A stretch of 64,000 bases of DNA from Eledone cirrhosa (lineage: Eukaryota): contig OZ024741.1 in assembly GCA_964016885.1 (NCBI GenBank), positions 42,408,001-42,472,000 of the forward strand, given 5' to 3'. Of this stretch, positions 1 to 13,468 are shown one piece after another. Positions within the stretch are counted from its first letter, which is position 1. Each line of letters opens with the position of its first letter. Both the position numbers and the translations under genes were made by a program. Below the pieces are notes generated by a model, which saw only the letters and a program-made list of their open reading frames with translations, had not been told where the DNA came from and ran no database searches.

Positions 1-94
1 GAGAGTTAATAATAAACACTTAATCGGAAAACTTCAGCCAGCCCCATAAAATCAGGTATTGTTGAGACTCTGATTATTATTATTATTATTGATT

Positions 95-490
95 GCTAGT
101 ATATCGGTAGAGCGTCAGATACCATACTTTACATAATAGAGTTACGGCCATTTACGGTCTGAGTTCAAATCCTGTCGAGGTTAGATTTCCATTTCATCAT
201 TACGGGGTCAATAAAATGAAGTACCAGTAACGTACTGGGGTTGATTTAATCGACTTTCCCTTCCCCAAAATTGTTGGCCTTGTGCCTAAAGTAGAAACAA
301 TTATTATTAGAAGGCGGTGGATTGGCAGTATCGGTAGAGGGTCGGACGCCATGCTTTGACGCATTGAGTGCCATTCTGAGTTCAAATCCCGCCGAGGTTA
401 ACTTTGCCTTTCATCCTTACGGAGTCGATAAAATAAAGTACCAGTAATATACTGGTGAATTGCTGGCCTTGTGCCAAAAGTAGAAACAAT
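95..490 (+). mobile_element. Two tandem copies of the dominant tRNA-derived SINE (family S1)
   Basis: A-box-like TGGCAGTATCGG, B-box GAGTTCAAATCC, conserved body GCCTTTCATCCTTACGGGGTCGATAAAATAAAGTACCAGT, 3' end GTAGAAACAATTATTATT; same unit recurs ~30 times in the window. Confidence 0.85.
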
Positions 491-1235
491 TATTATTAGA
501 AGTATTATATTGTTCGTTCTCTTGTCGCGACGTGTTGCACATCGCTCCTGTAAGTTTGTTTTCATTTCTATTATTATACAGATTTATATTGAACTTTTGT
601 GACCGTTTTTAGGGAGCTGGTTAGTTTGTCTCCTTCTGCAGCCATTAAGAGCTAAACCGAGGTTTGTTGAGCAAACACCTCTCTCAATTTTGGTATAAAA
701 TAGAAAGATGTCGGAGGAAGAATGTTCATCACCTGAAAAAAAGAGTTAGCTATCCGCACTCACCTACCACCACCAACACCAACAGCAACAACAAAATCCT
801 AAAATTCACCCAAGGGGGATTTCAATTCAACTCTCCCACTCTGCTCCTTTTCATCACACATACACATACACTCATTCACACACTCACACCACAGCACCCA
901 TATGAGTCAAATGACAGAGAAACCCCCTCTTCTCGCAGCGAGGAAGAGAGGGAGCCCCCAAACCGCTAGAAACAAACGAACAAAAAAGAAACATAAAACT
1001 CTCCCAAACATTCTGCACCATTCTAACACACACACCAACACAAACTTCAGAAAACCAAGAAAACACTCTCACACCAAACACAGCTACATCTTCAACCACA
1101 GCAACACCAAGATCATCACCACATCCGGCAACACAAACATCATAAGCAAAACCACCAACACAACAACAAACATAACTAGCCACGAAAAAAAAAACCCACA
1201 ACAAAAGCAAACGGTCACAAATTCCAGCACATTCA

Positions 1236-1251
1236 AACACACACACACACA

Positions 1252-1332
<81 letters not shown>

Positions 1333-1500
1333 ACACACATACATACACACACATACAGACACACACGAATACACACAAAAAAACATACTCATACACAGAC
1401 ACACACACACAGAGTCACACATACATACACACAGATACATATGCACACACACACACACACGCAGAGGCACACAAGTACACGCACACAAACACACACCAAC
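1236..1500. repeat. (CA)n microsatellite, degenerate at 3' side
   Basis: Direct reading. Confidence 0.95.
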
Positions 1501-1576
1501 CTTTGTGCTACCGATGAACAACTGATGTCCCTTGTAGCACAAAGGGATGTCATAAAAACGGGGGGAAGGGGAGATA

Positions 1577-1768
1577 TTTAATATCAGTAATTTCAAGGTA
1601 CCCCAAACCTTATTAATAGCACGCATATCCCTAACGACAAACAAAAGCACGAGGGAGAGCTTCCCTTACGACGTGGAAAGGGAAGCTCTCCCTCATGCTT
1701 TTGTATGTCGTTAGGGATATGCGTGCTATTAATAAGGTTTGGGGTACCTTGAAATTACTGGTATTAAA
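1577..1768. repeat. Near-perfect hairpin, ~90 bp arms with ~11 nt loop; probable fused PLE 3' ends
   Basis: TTTAATATCAGTAATTTCAAGGTACCCC...GAGCTTCCCTT is the reverse complement of AAGGGAAGCTC...GGGGTACCTTGAAATTACTGGTATTAAA with few mismatches; AAGGT-loop-ACCTT-GAAA resembles hammerhead stem II plus GAAA. Confidence 0.85.
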
Positions 1769-1895
1769 CTATTACACAGTTTTATATAAAAAGCCACAAG
1801 CAGGCCTTTAAAGGGGTTCCCAAAGGAATTTCACCAACCAGTTGTGGAGGTAGAACAACCCGATCTCCAACAGCACTGGGAGAGTAAGTAGCTGC

Positions 1896-1990
1896 CTTTC
1901 TTTCTTTGTTTCATTCTTTCTTTTCTTTCTTTCTTTCTTTCTATCCATCTTTCTTTCTTTCTTTCTTTCTTTCGTTCTTTCTTTCTTTTC
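1896..1990. repeat. (TTTC)n microsatellite
   Basis: Direct reading. Confidence 0.9.
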
Positions 1991-3050
1991 CATAACATTT
2001 TACATCCAACATGGCAATTTTAATAGTAAGTTGCATAAATGTACGTGGCCTGGGGTCGCCCTGGAAGCATGGCTGCGAGATCAACGACCTCAGGTTACTT
2101 CACTTGCTACGTTTCAGTTCTTTTATTACAACACAGACCCTTTTACTCCACACCATATTTCCTCCTTAATTTATCATATTCATAATTATTCCTCTGCTCA
2201 ATCCTTCTTTTCCTACCTAACACTGCAACATCAGTATCAAATCTAATTATATATCCAAGAATATTTCTTTTCTACCATGAATCTTTGCTGGTTTTAACTG
2301 TTACTGGTTTTGCATTAGTTTACTTCAACAATTCTACTTGCTCTTTTGATAAGCCGGATGATTTCTGTACAGTTTATTCTCAAGAATTTATTTACTCCCT
2401 TTGTTTCTTACTTGAACTTTTACTGATCAGTGTTCTTGAAATTCCATATAAAATATTTCTGGTGGAGATTTATCAATTACAACAATCTGTTGTGTTTTTA
2501 TAAGCCGTAGTTATCGCATGATTTATGTCAATGTTTTAACGGTCAAAAATAATTCCTCTCATATTCATATTTGTGGGGCAAAGGTGCCGAAAAGAATGCC
2601 GGAAGTGCAGGGATGGTCTTGCCGGAAGCAAGGGACCAATGATGTCACATCAGGGTTCGTGCGCCTGTCGCTTCCTCTTTCGTCAAGACATGGTCCGGTG
2701 CGGACGGGTTATGGATGTATGCGAGAGAGGCTCTGTATTTCTCAGTCGGACGTATGTCAGGTGGACATCGGTGCAGGGATATTCAATCCTGATTCAAGTA
2801 GAGACACAAGGTAGGTTTGTTCACTTCCTCACCAAAATATTTACAATCCATTCTTCTTCAGCTTCACCAGGGTCCATAAACCCTCTAATTCATCAACATT
2901 CTCTTCAACCTCTTGCTCATCAACCTCTCCAACATCATCTTCTATATTTTCAGCAGCTACTTATTATTTGATTGCTTCAAGATCTAACTCTGAAAAACAT
3001 CAGTTGTTTTTTTCCTGATCGCCCTTGACTCGTCACAAACTCTTTGCTCT

Positions 3051-3077
3051 GTAGTAGTAGTAGTATTAGTAGTAGTA

Positions 3078-3156
<79 letters not shown>

Positions 3157-3270
3157 CAGGAGTAGTAGTAGTAGTAGGAGTGTTAGTAGTAGTAGTAGTA
3201 GCAGTAGTAGTAGTAGTAGTAGTGGTAGTAGTAGTAGTAGTAGTAGCAACAGTAGTAGTAGTAGTAGTGT

Positions 3271-3301
<31 letters not shown>

Positions 3302-3322
3302 AGTAGTAGTAGTAGTAGCAAC

Positions 3323-3375
<53 letters not shown>

Positions 3376-3396
3376 CAACAGTAGTAGTAGTAGTAT

Positions 3397-3436
<40 letters not shown>

Positions 3437-3550
3437 AGTAGTAGTAGTAGCAACAGTAGTAGTAGTAGTGGTAGTGGTAGTAGTAGTAGTGGTAGTAGTA
3501 GCAACAGTAGTAGTAGTAGTAGTATTAGTAGCAATAGTAGTAGTAGTAGC

Positions 3551-3590
<40 letters not shown>

Positions 3591-3721
3591 TTAGTAGTAG
3601 TAGTATTGTTGGTTCTGTTGTTTTTATTGTAGTTGCTCTTGTTGTTACTATAGTAGTAGTAGTGGTCATAGTATTGTTGGGGCTCTTGCTTTTGTTGTAG
3701 TTGTTGCTGTTGTTGTTGCTA

Positions 3722-3775
<54 letters not shown>

Positions 3776-3841
3776 CAGTAGTAGTAGTAGTAGCAGTTGT
3801 GTTAGTAGTAGTAGTAGTTATGTTAGTAGTAGTAGTAGTAC

Positions 3842-3892
<51 letters not shown>

Positions 3893-3970
3893 AAGTGGTA
3901 GCAGTAGTAGTAGTAGTAGTTGTGTTAGTAGTAGTAGTAGTAGTAGTAGTAGCAGTAGTAGTAGCAGTAG
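3051..3970. repeat. ~0.9 kb (GTA)n/(TAG)n trinucleotide microsatellite with variant units
   Basis: Direct reading; explains the poly-S/V/L ORFs. Confidence 0.97.
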
Positions 3971-4199
3971 AGGTAGTTATCTCTCTTTTTTTTTTTATTC
4001 CACTCTCTGCTGATTCGTCTCTCTGGCGTTCTCTCGCTCTCTTCTTTCACTCATCCTATTTTATCATTAAACCTTTCATCGTGCCAACGTTGATAGTGGA
4101 ATCCTTGAAGTTTTGGAGCATATAGGAAGAGGAAAGGGAAAAGGGGAGAAATTTGGTAGGTGAGTAGACTGGAAGTTTGATTTCCATTCTCCGATAGTT

Positions 4200-4460
4200 T
4201 CTCCCAATAATTGTCATTACGGGAGATGCGCTGGAAGAGCCATCCTCCGGGGAAACGCCGTCTCCATTCTTTCCGCCGGGGTTGTGGGGCGGCCAGCACG
4301 TGGGACCCCATTTTCTCAGAATACAGACTGATGGGGAGGGCGAGAGAGATGGATGCGATGACAGTGTTCGGCTCTTCCGTGTTCGTGGAACATTGCACCC
4401 GTCATTTAAACGAGATGCACAACAAGCATAACTGATAGTCAACACACAGACTAACATACG
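4200..4460 (-). repeat. Unclassified dispersed GC-rich repeat, related to 56700-56960 (+)
   Basis: Shared blocks CTCTCTCGC(C/T)CTCCCCATC...AGAAAATG...CTGGCCGCCCC...TT(C/T)CCGGAGGATGG in both places. Confidence 0.55.
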
Positions 4461-5139
4461 CGCTCACAAACACCCACACACACATTGTCATTAACAAGGC
4501 TGCCTTATATATCAACGCCTCGGTTTTGAGCCTATTGAAGAGGCTGGTATTACTATATAAAAGTGGTGTCTCTCCTACTGGCAGCAGGATACAGAGTTCG
4601 ATTTAGACCTGGGTGGGTGGGTCGGTGGGGGGCACTTTAGGTTAGGGGGTGCCTCATACACAAAGAATTAGAATACACATCACCCCTCCGCCCCATCCAA
4701 ATTTTACATATCAAAGTTAGCTTGGCGCAAGTAATTTGAATTGAGCTGTTATGCATACAGTTATTAAATTCAATAATTTTAACCATCCTAAGCTGAGGGC
4801 ATAAATAAATTGCTACGGCCGTCACTGGTGTGACCCCTCATGCAGGGAGCCCGGGGAAATTGTCCCCTTTGCTCCCACCTGCATTAAATTCAGCCGTGCC
4901 AGGAGGCTTCACTGGATGTAAACACATTTCTCAACGGTTTACTAGACCTCTATTTCAAAGTTAATTTCCTCTATGAATCGGTGTTGTTATAAACCTATGG
5001 TATCCAATTATTTCTGTTTACCTCTCAGTAAGATATGAGGGTGTTCGTAATTATGTCGGTTTTGAGAAAACGCTTTAAGTGGAATTCTCTTCCTAAAATG
5101 TGTGTTGAAGAAGGCGTAAACATTGCATAGATTATTTAT

Positions 5140-5334
5140 CATATACAGACACAGACACATACATAATTACATACATGCATACACACACACGCAAATACAC
5201 ACACACATATATATATTTATATATATGTATACATACACACACACACATATATATATATATTTGTATATATGTATACATATATATATATATAAACACACAC
5301 ACACACATATAAATATATTTGTATATATGTATAC

Positions 5335-5371
<37 letters not shown>

Positions 5372-5534
5372 TACATACATACGTATGTGTGTGTGTGTGT
5401 GTGTGTGTATATGTGAGTGTATATATGTGTGTGTGTATATGTGTATTGATAGATTATATAGAGTTTCAGGTCTTTCAAGAATACACCTAAACCTATACAC
5501 ACACATAGACACTTGCACACACACACACATACGC

Positions 5535-5568
<34 letters not shown>

Positions 5569-5620
5569 GTGTGTGTGTGTGTGTTGGTGAGTAGGTGTAT
5601 TCATGAAAGACCTGAAACTC
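5140..5620. repeat. (TA)/(CA) compound microsatellite containing a ~29 bp inverted repeat (5461-5489 / 5592-5620)
   Basis: GAGTTTCAGGTCTTTCAAGAATACACCTA versus TAGGTGTATTCATGAAAGACCTGAAACTC. Confidence 0.8.
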
Positions 5621-6055
5621 TCTCTATATAATTTGTTGAGACCAAATAGCCTGGAAATATATTATTGTATGAAAGAATCTTTAGGTTTTCAATGAATAAA
5701 TAAACTTTAATACGTGTTTTGTGTTTATCTTCTCTTTGAAGAAAGAATTCCCTTCTACCTCTCTTCCCCTCTCTTTCTCTCTCTCTATAGATATATATCT
5801 GTAGTATTATGTAGTATGTAAATCTATAATATTATATTCTTGTACTCGTTTATGTCAACTCTCCATGCTCCGATGCTCCCATATTAGAGCACAATCTTCA
5901 TGTATACACATACACACACACACACACATATATATATACATATAATCTGTTTAGTGTATCGGTCTCCTGTGTTGTTCTCACACCCCTATATATATATATA
6001 TATATATAAAAAATTAGAATTGGTGCTCTGAAATAGCGATATATATATGAATGTA

Positions 6056-6475
6056 TATATAGTGTATTTTGCAATACACTGTATGCTTAATTAAAAGCAT
6101 TTCGAAGACCTTACGCTATTGTTTTAGACTAGTGACAGTCTCACTTACTTTAAATTTTCAGCAAACAAGGGGAGATAAAGCTGACAGAGCTCTGTTTCGT
6201 ACCTTTTGGTACTCTGCTTGACCGGCAACCGCTCTGTATAATCAGTTCCTGATTATTACTAGAATTCTATAAGAATCAAACATTCATGATTTTCAGCAAA
6301 CAGGTGGAGTACTTAGCTTTGATAAGTACCAAAAGGTACGAAACAGAGCTCTGTCAGCTTTATCTCCCCTTGTTTGCTGAAAATTTAAAGGAAGTGAGAC
6401 TGTCACTACCCTAAAACAATAGCGTAAGGTCTTCGAAATGCTTTTAATTAAGCATACAGTGTATTACAAAATACA

Positions 6476-6480
<5 letters not shown>
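6056..6480. mobile_element. Inverted-repeat element (~155 bp arms, ~110 bp spacer) flanked by TA; probable PLE derivative
   Basis: 6056-6212 is the reverse complement of 6325-6480 with a few substitutions; right end runs into (TA)n; GAAA-TGCTT..AAGCA-TA resembles hammerhead stem III. Confidence 0.75.
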
Positions 6481-6568
<88 letters not shown>

Positions 6569-6589
6569 GAGGAGGAAGAACGGAAATTA

Positions 6590-7025
6590 AGGACTGCGGA
6601 ACTATCCTCCCAAGAAGCATGGACTAAATGTAAACTCTCGACGTGGAAAATTACTTGGGCAGATTTATAGCGATTGGAACCTTTACCAAATCCTGATATG
6701 CTCGGCTTTAAGAGTGTACCGGAGCATGGCCGCAGTCTAATGCCTGAAAACGCACCACATGCCCACACTCTTACACGACTGTACGCTTTCACACTCGTAT
6801 TTTACCCGATTTCCTAAGCTACTATTTATATCATCCAGTGTCTATAAAATAAAGGACCAGTTAAGTGTCTACTGATAAACTGCAAAAATCTGTGAAATGC
6901 GTAAAGATATTTCACATAGACGTTTTACTGTTTTATTCAGGGACATCTTTTTAGGGCTTCCGAGATTGGTAAGAGCAGAAAAGACCGTATCTTCAAACGA
7001 CAGGTCTGGTTCAAATGTTTGAAAC
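6590..7025 (-). pseudogene. Highly decayed reverse-transcriptase remnant (possibly PLE)
   Basis: Minus-strand translation gives ...FEDTVF... and TLDDI (YxDD-like) with stops; weak. Confidence 0.3.
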
Positions 7026-7030
7026 AACGT

Positions 7031-7061
<31 letters not shown>

Positions 7062-7199
7062 GGTATAAACTCTCCCCAAAGTTTGGTGTTAGTGATAAAC
7101 CCTACTTGCCACCCAAGGAAACCACACAAGGATTTGAGCTTAAAAGGCAAAAAGGTTAGAATAAATACGGAAAGGTATCTCAACACCCGCTCACACAAT

Positions 7200-7770
7200 G
7201 CCGCCAATTGATCATTCCGGGATTGGTGTTTCATTTATCGATCACGTCAGAATGAAAGGAAAGCTTAACTCTCTGTAAGATTTGAACTCGCAGCGCAAAA
7301 TGATAGAACAAAAGTCGAAAGAGGCCTGATATATCCCTTTATCAATTCTGTCAGTCTATCATGTTGAACTGGTACTTTATCTTATCGACCCCGAAAGGAT
7401 GAACGTGAAAGTTGACATCAGTGGGATTAGAACGCAAAGCGTTAATAACCAGAACAGATACCACAAAACATTTTATCCTACACTCTAACGAATTTGCCAA
7501 TTCACGGTCTAGTATTATAGTGTTAATCTCAATTTCAGGTGTTTAATCATGATGGCCAAGAGTGGTAAGTATGACTTACACCACTGATATGACCAAAACA
7601 AAAGAGAAAAAAAGCAGTGGAGATCTACTAGGTAGCGATTCCTCCAACAGGAGTGAGAAAGACTTGGATTGGATTGGAAACTTAATGGGATTTGAGCTGA
7701 GGCCGCCAAGGACCAGAATAAATATAGCAATGCAGTTTGCCTTACACTCTAATGACTTTGCCAATTTATT
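7200..7770 (-). mobile_element. Three old, diverged SINE copies related to S1
   Basis: Recognisable TTATCGACCCCGAAAGGATGAA...GGGATTTGAAC blocks. Confidence 0.6.
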
Positions 7771-8339
7771 ATCTTAAAACGCATTTGTTTGCTGAAGTAT
7801 TTATAGGACATACTTGATGATTTGAGTATCCATGTACAATGGCACTGGGTTTCTTAAAGGGTTTATCAGGTTTATCAAGTTTAACTTAAGCGTGTCATTC
7901 AGGAATTTTACTGTTGTAAAGCATGTATCTGTTGAACGTTGTTGTATTCGTTTCTTTGTGTGGTCTGTTTTGAATATCACATGACAGTGTTAACATTGCA
8001 ATGATACATACTTTCAACATGATTTAATGAAAGTACCACATAATAGCCAACACACACACTAGTGCATATATAGACAGATACAGATTCACACCCACATTTG
8101 TCGACACATACACGCACATGCAAACACACACCAGGCACTCACCCATAGATGCAGACACAAACACACATACACACTTATAGACACACACACACACGCGCGC
8201 GCGCACACATGTATCTATGTAGAGAAATTAACTTTAAGATTTCACTCTGGCCTGAGGCCAAATGGAAATTCTATTGAACAAATACTATCATTAAGAATAT
8301 GTATATCAATACTTGCCGCTCATAGAAACACCATATTGT

Positions 8340-8640
8340 GGTATCTTTTCCATAGTTTTCTAGAGAATTTGATTGAGCAAACAGTGCAGCAATTGAAGAC
8401 ATTCTTATATTTCTGTAAAGTGCCAAATTTGTTCATTAACACCATTACATCCTGATACACTAATATCTGTAGTTTGGCGTATTTTTAGAGTCACACTTGC
8501 ACGTCTATTACTTCATAATCATTATGAACTGTATTCTGAGTATAAATTAGATGGTAAAATATGGATACAATGTCAGAAGAAGGATATCCAGAAGAATTTC
8601 TGTTGCAAAACATGGTGAGCTTCTGCTGTGATTTTCAGTG
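8340..8640 (-). pseudogene. Decayed LINE (RTE-like) C-terminal remnant
   Basis: Minus strand encodes RKLTMFCNRN-like segment similar to the post-RT region of RTE ORFs; many disruptions. Confidence 0.3.
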
Positions 8641-9113
8641 ATAATACCGTGTCTGCCAGCTCAAAGAGAAGTGAAACGGTTTGAAACTACATCGTTGAAA
8701 ATAGATCTAAAAATTAATAAATTTATAACCAAAGTCATTTCTAGTGGTAACTTGCTTCTCTTTATCATATATACTACTGACCACAATTTGGAATCACAAA
8801 CATTAAGATACAGAAGATATTTATCATTACCTTTAGAGTTGACATAATTCTTGTCATTGAAATTGTCGATGGAAAATTCATGAAAACTTGGGTGGTTTTA
8901 TTCGACCCATTCCGTTGTTAGAATTTAGGCTAGGTCACTGTTTTAATATTAACCCGGTATCCTCTTGTACTACTTTTACAACAAAAACCTAAGTCTCAGA
9001 CGCCGTATGGGCACTGCCCTTTCTTTTCAGCATAGGCAATAAGAAAAATATTAACCATGGTATACTATATAGTATATACCATAGTTAATATTAACTATGC
9101 TATACTATATAGT

Positions 9114-9262
9114 AGTGAAGGCGCATGGCTTAGTGGTTAGAGCATTGGGCTTGCAATCGAAAGGTTGTGAGTTCAAATCTCGGAGAGGGTGATGTGTTGT
9201 TTCTTTGAGCAAGACACTTTATTTCACGTTGTTCCAGTTTACTCAGCTGTAAAAATGAGATG
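9114..9262 (+). mobile_element. Second tRNA-derived SINE family (S2)
   Basis: tRNA head GGCGCATGGCTTAGTGGTTAGAGC...GAGTTCAAATCTC followed by TTGAGCAAGACACTTTATTTCACGTTG..CCAGT..ACTCAGCTG; related copies at ~16355-16460 and 61310-61445. Confidence 0.75.
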
Positions 9263-11497
9263 ATAGGACTGGGATCCCTATCATTAAATTACCCAAGACA
9301 CCTCCAACGAGATATACCTTGGAGGAGGCCAGCTAAACCTGGATAGGTGTGAGCTGTAACAACAACAACAACAACATACTATATAGTACTGACACTACAG
9401 TAACGTATTCAACAAACACAATAAATCAACTGCAGAACTTGATATACTTATTTTAACCAACGCCGGTTGGATGAAAGTCAAATTACAAAAAGATTTTATC
9501 CGAAGGTGGGAACAAATAGACCTGCGTCAGTTTCGATAGGTTCTTTTTCTGTTGTTTAAGCAGCGGATTGGATTGATCGTGAAATCATCGTGTAGGTGAC
9601 TGAGCATTCCAGAGATACATGTAACCTTAATGGAATCCCGAGGCAGTTTCAGCGTCACACATTTTACACCATTTCACACATATTGATTGGGTCGATCCGA
9701 GGCGATTTTCTTTTTTCATCTAGCTGGAATTTCCTCCATTCTAAGAGCTATTAATTTTATCACAGCCATTAATAATATACGATAAGAAGGAATACAAATA
9801 GAACGTCTTCTTCTAGTTTTGAATGACACTTGTTCAAGATTCCATGCAGAGGAATCGAAACCGAGGCTTTTATGATTGCGAAGTAAATTTATTAAATATT
9901 TGTTTCTGCTACGTTCATTAAAATAGAATAGGAAACCATTTAGTCAGAAGTTTTATTACTGTTGCTGAATCATTGCCTCAAAAAAAGTTTTATTCTAACA
10001 TCCGAAAATATATATCAGTTTAAATTTTTTTTCTTAGATATATGAATATTTGTTAATGTTTCTGATTTCAATTTTAAACTAATAAAGAAATATGAAAACT
10101 GTTTATTTATTTATTTAAATATTTATATATTTGTTTTGCTACAAATTATTATTCTCTGATATAGAAATAAATATGTAAATAAATATTCTTTTTTGGCTTC
10201 GAAACATTTTATTTAATATTACATTTTATTTTTAAATAATTTATAGTGAATATTCTCCTTCGAAATTGATTTGTTTTTAGACATATTCATCTTTCACTGT
10301 TTACAAGACTAAATATTAATATCTTACACTTAATACGAATTTCTAAAATAACTTCCTAATTCCTTTCTTTTGATTTGTGTTGAAGACACACCATTATTCT
10401 CTTTGAATTATCTGGAATCAAAAACGATAATTTTGGACTACAACTATATAAATAACATATAAATATATATCAAAAGCAAGCAAAAAATGAAGATAAAATC
10501 TGGATAAATATTAGAGTATTAAATTATAGAATTAGTTGTAAATAATCAAGAAAGATATTGGAATTCTGTCATTTTCAAGAAATATATTCACAAAAAACAA
10601 CAACAACAACAACAAAAAACAAACAGACTATCTTTGTGTATCATAGTAGATTCTATTATCTAAGTAGAAGAGTAGGTTTGTTCCAAATGTCATTACATAT
10701 TGAAACATTGAAATATCACAAAGTAAATTTCAATTTATATTTTATATGAAGGGGAATATTTATATATAACGGTACTTTATTAAATTTTTTTCTTTTAATG
10801 ATGATAACTCCAACATATATATCTTAATTAGTGTCTCGGCTGAGTCAATTCTATTTTATAACTTTAGAAAATTATTTTTACTTTATCAATAATTTGCGCC
10901 ATTTGTATTGTTGCATATCTGATAATCTTGTGGGTCTCTTAAACATTAGTCGAAGCATATCAAATGAAAATATCTGAGGGAATATATAGCAATAGAGTTA
11001 TCCAATGCTATTTCAAATGGACAAGAGGTAAAATTCCTTTTGAATCAGGTGTTAGTCTCTCCCAAGTAAATTTCCAAGAAATATTTGGTTCCTAATTATT
11101 GGTTGATTAGGGCTCATGTCTAGAGTGGATATGAGATAACTTTCAAAGAAAGGTTTAAGAAATTAGGTCTCATCTGTGCTCTACATTCCAGAATAGTCTC
11201 CGTACACCACCTCACAGTCAGAGACAGCTTCCACAGCATATTTACCGAAATGTGCATCCTTAACTCATTATGTTTGACTCACATAGTTGAAACTGCCCTC
11301 GGCAACTCACTATTAAATATAGACCACTATATATTCTATACTTTAGACGTTATACAATAGCACACAACATGTCATTAAACTAAAAACCAATATAAACTAT
11401 AATTACTATACACAAAATGGAGCATTGTCCACTTCCCCAGCAATTTACTATTAACGAAATACTAATATATACTCTAGTTACAATAGATTTTATAGAA

Positions 11498-11548
11498 TGA
11501 CCCTCAGCTACCAATATTTAGTATTAAATATTGGTAGCTGAGGGTCAT
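11498..11548. repeat. Perfect hairpin with ~24 bp arms, abutting the large inverted duplication
   Basis: ATGACCCTCAGCTACCAATATTTA-GTAT-TAAATATTGGTAGCTGAGGGTCAT. Confidence 0.9.
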
Positions 11549-13468
11549 GAAAGAATTCTTAATAATCGAAGCCAAAAGATCAGTTCAGAAATATAGAAGA
11601 AAGACTATATATGTTTTATTTATTTAATCACTGTAAAACCTTCTGGCTCAGCACATGTTTTGTCTTTATTCGAGAGCAGATATGTTTTTCTCCTTACGTC
11701 AAATTCAATTTGATATATAAGACGCTGTTTTTTCTCTCCTGTATACGAGAATATTTTTTGTTTATTCATATCACACAAAAGCAAATGCTACATTGCATTC
11801 ATAAGTATGAGGGTAGATATTCACCAGTTATTTTGTTTGTATGAATCATAGTACTGACCAAACTGGTGATCGCAAGCTGTCAAAGGACTGACCGTTTTCC
11901 GATAGGTTTATTATCGAAATTAAAACAATGGAAACATCTCGCTATTTACTACAATCACAGTAGACTTGGTGACACACAAGTATGAGCCCAGGACATAGGA
12001 GTGGCTTGGTCAATGTATCTCCTTTCCGAGGGCTTTTACAACATTGTCCGCTGAGGTTTTGCACTTCAGAGAGATAAAATGGACGAATGAAAGACGGTAA
12101 GAAGCTTTCATTATTTGATTCATTATTTGAGGGCCGTGGATTGGCCGTATCGGTAGACGGTTGGAATCCATGCTTTCCAGCACAGAGTTACGTCCCTTTA
12201 CGATCTGAGTTCAAATCCCGCCGAGGTTGACTTTGCCTTTCATCCTTACGGGGTCAATAAAATAAAGTACCAGTAATGCACTGGGTAATTGCAGGCCTTG
12301 TGCCGAATGTAGAAACAATTATTTGATTCATGTTGTTGCTTTAGTATTAAATACCCACCTATTACTCTAGACAGTACAGGGCAGCTCTCGGAACACTAAT
12401 ATAAACCTTGAAAATGCGCCCGTTATAACAGAATATAAACACTATTGACCTAGAAACGTAGGTCTACTAATTTGCAACAGTTAGGTTAAAACAAACACAT
12501 ACACTGTGGAGGTCACAGAATGTGTGACGAAAGAGTATTGACAATTAACAAATAAAAACATCCGGTTATTAAACTATCCAACTGGAAATGTGTAATAAAT
12601 TGAAGTGAAAACCAACAGGTGCGTGTGTTTTTATTGGCATCATGACCCTGCCAAATTATAATTATATAGTAATAAAGCAACAACATGAATAATTGTTTCT
12701 ACTTTTTGGCACAAGGCCAGCAATTATCCCAGTGCATTACTGGTACTTTATTTTATCGACCCCTTAAGGATGAAAGGCAAAGTTAACCTCGGTGGGATTT
12801 GAGCTCAGATCATAAAGGGATGTAACTCTGTGCTGGAAAGCATGGATTCCAACCGTCTACCGATACGGCCAATCCACGGCCCTCAAATAATGAATCGAAT
12901 AATGAAAGCTTCTTACCTTCTTTCATTCGTCCATTTTATCTCTCTGAAGTGCAAAACCTCAGCGGACAATGTTGTAAAAGCCCTCGGAAAGGAGATACAT
13001 TGACCAAGCCACTCCTATGTCCTGGGCTCATACTTGTGTGTCACGAAGTCTACTGTGATTGTAGTAAATAGCGAGATGTTTCCATTGTTTTAATTTCGAT
13101 AATAAACCTATCGGAAAACGGTCAGTCCTTTGACAGCTTGCGATCACCAGTTTGGTCAGTACTATGATTCATACAAACAAAATAACTGGTGAATATCTAC
13201 CCTCATACTTATGAATGCAATGTAGCATTTGCTTTTGTGTGATATGAATAAACAAAAAATATTCTCATATACAGGAGAGAAAAAACAGCGTCTTATATAT
13301 CAAATTGAATTTGACGTAAGGAGAAAAACATATCTGCTCTCGAATAAAGACAAAACATGTGCTGAGCCACAAGGTTTTACAGTGATTAAATAAATAAAAC
13401 ATATATAGTCTTTCTTCTATATTTCTCAACTGACCTTTTGGCTTCGATTATTAAGAATTCTTTCATGA
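11545..13468. repeat. ~800 bp inverted duplication (11545-12346 / 12669-13468), each arm containing an S1 SINE
   Basis: Arms are reverse complements with very few differences outside the SINE; spacer holds a PLE 3' fragment. Confidence 0.92.
12380..12665 (+). mobile_element. PLE 3'-terminal fragment (relative of family A) with degenerate hammerhead
   Basis: CTGTGGAGGTCACAGAATGTGTGACGAAAG and AAATTGAAGTGAAA..GGTGCGTGTGTTT..TTGGCA.CATGACCC match 29960-30160 and 45000-45165. Confidence 0.75.

Noticed and set aside
884-1650. 207 aa Thr/His-rich ORF and overlapping VC-repeat ORFs
   Set aside because: Mostly (CA)n; the N-terminal basic stretch could be a LINE ORF1 start but shows no recognisable domain
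2977-4125. Poly-Leu/Ser/Val ORFs
   Set aside because: Translations of the (GTA)n microsatellite
9114-9190. Possible tRNA gene
   Set aside because: Acceptor stem does not close and it runs into a SINE body; it is a SINE head
10900-11320. Possible L1/Tx1 C-terminal remnant on minus strand
   Set aside because: Only a vague ETIL..C resemblance; too weak to call
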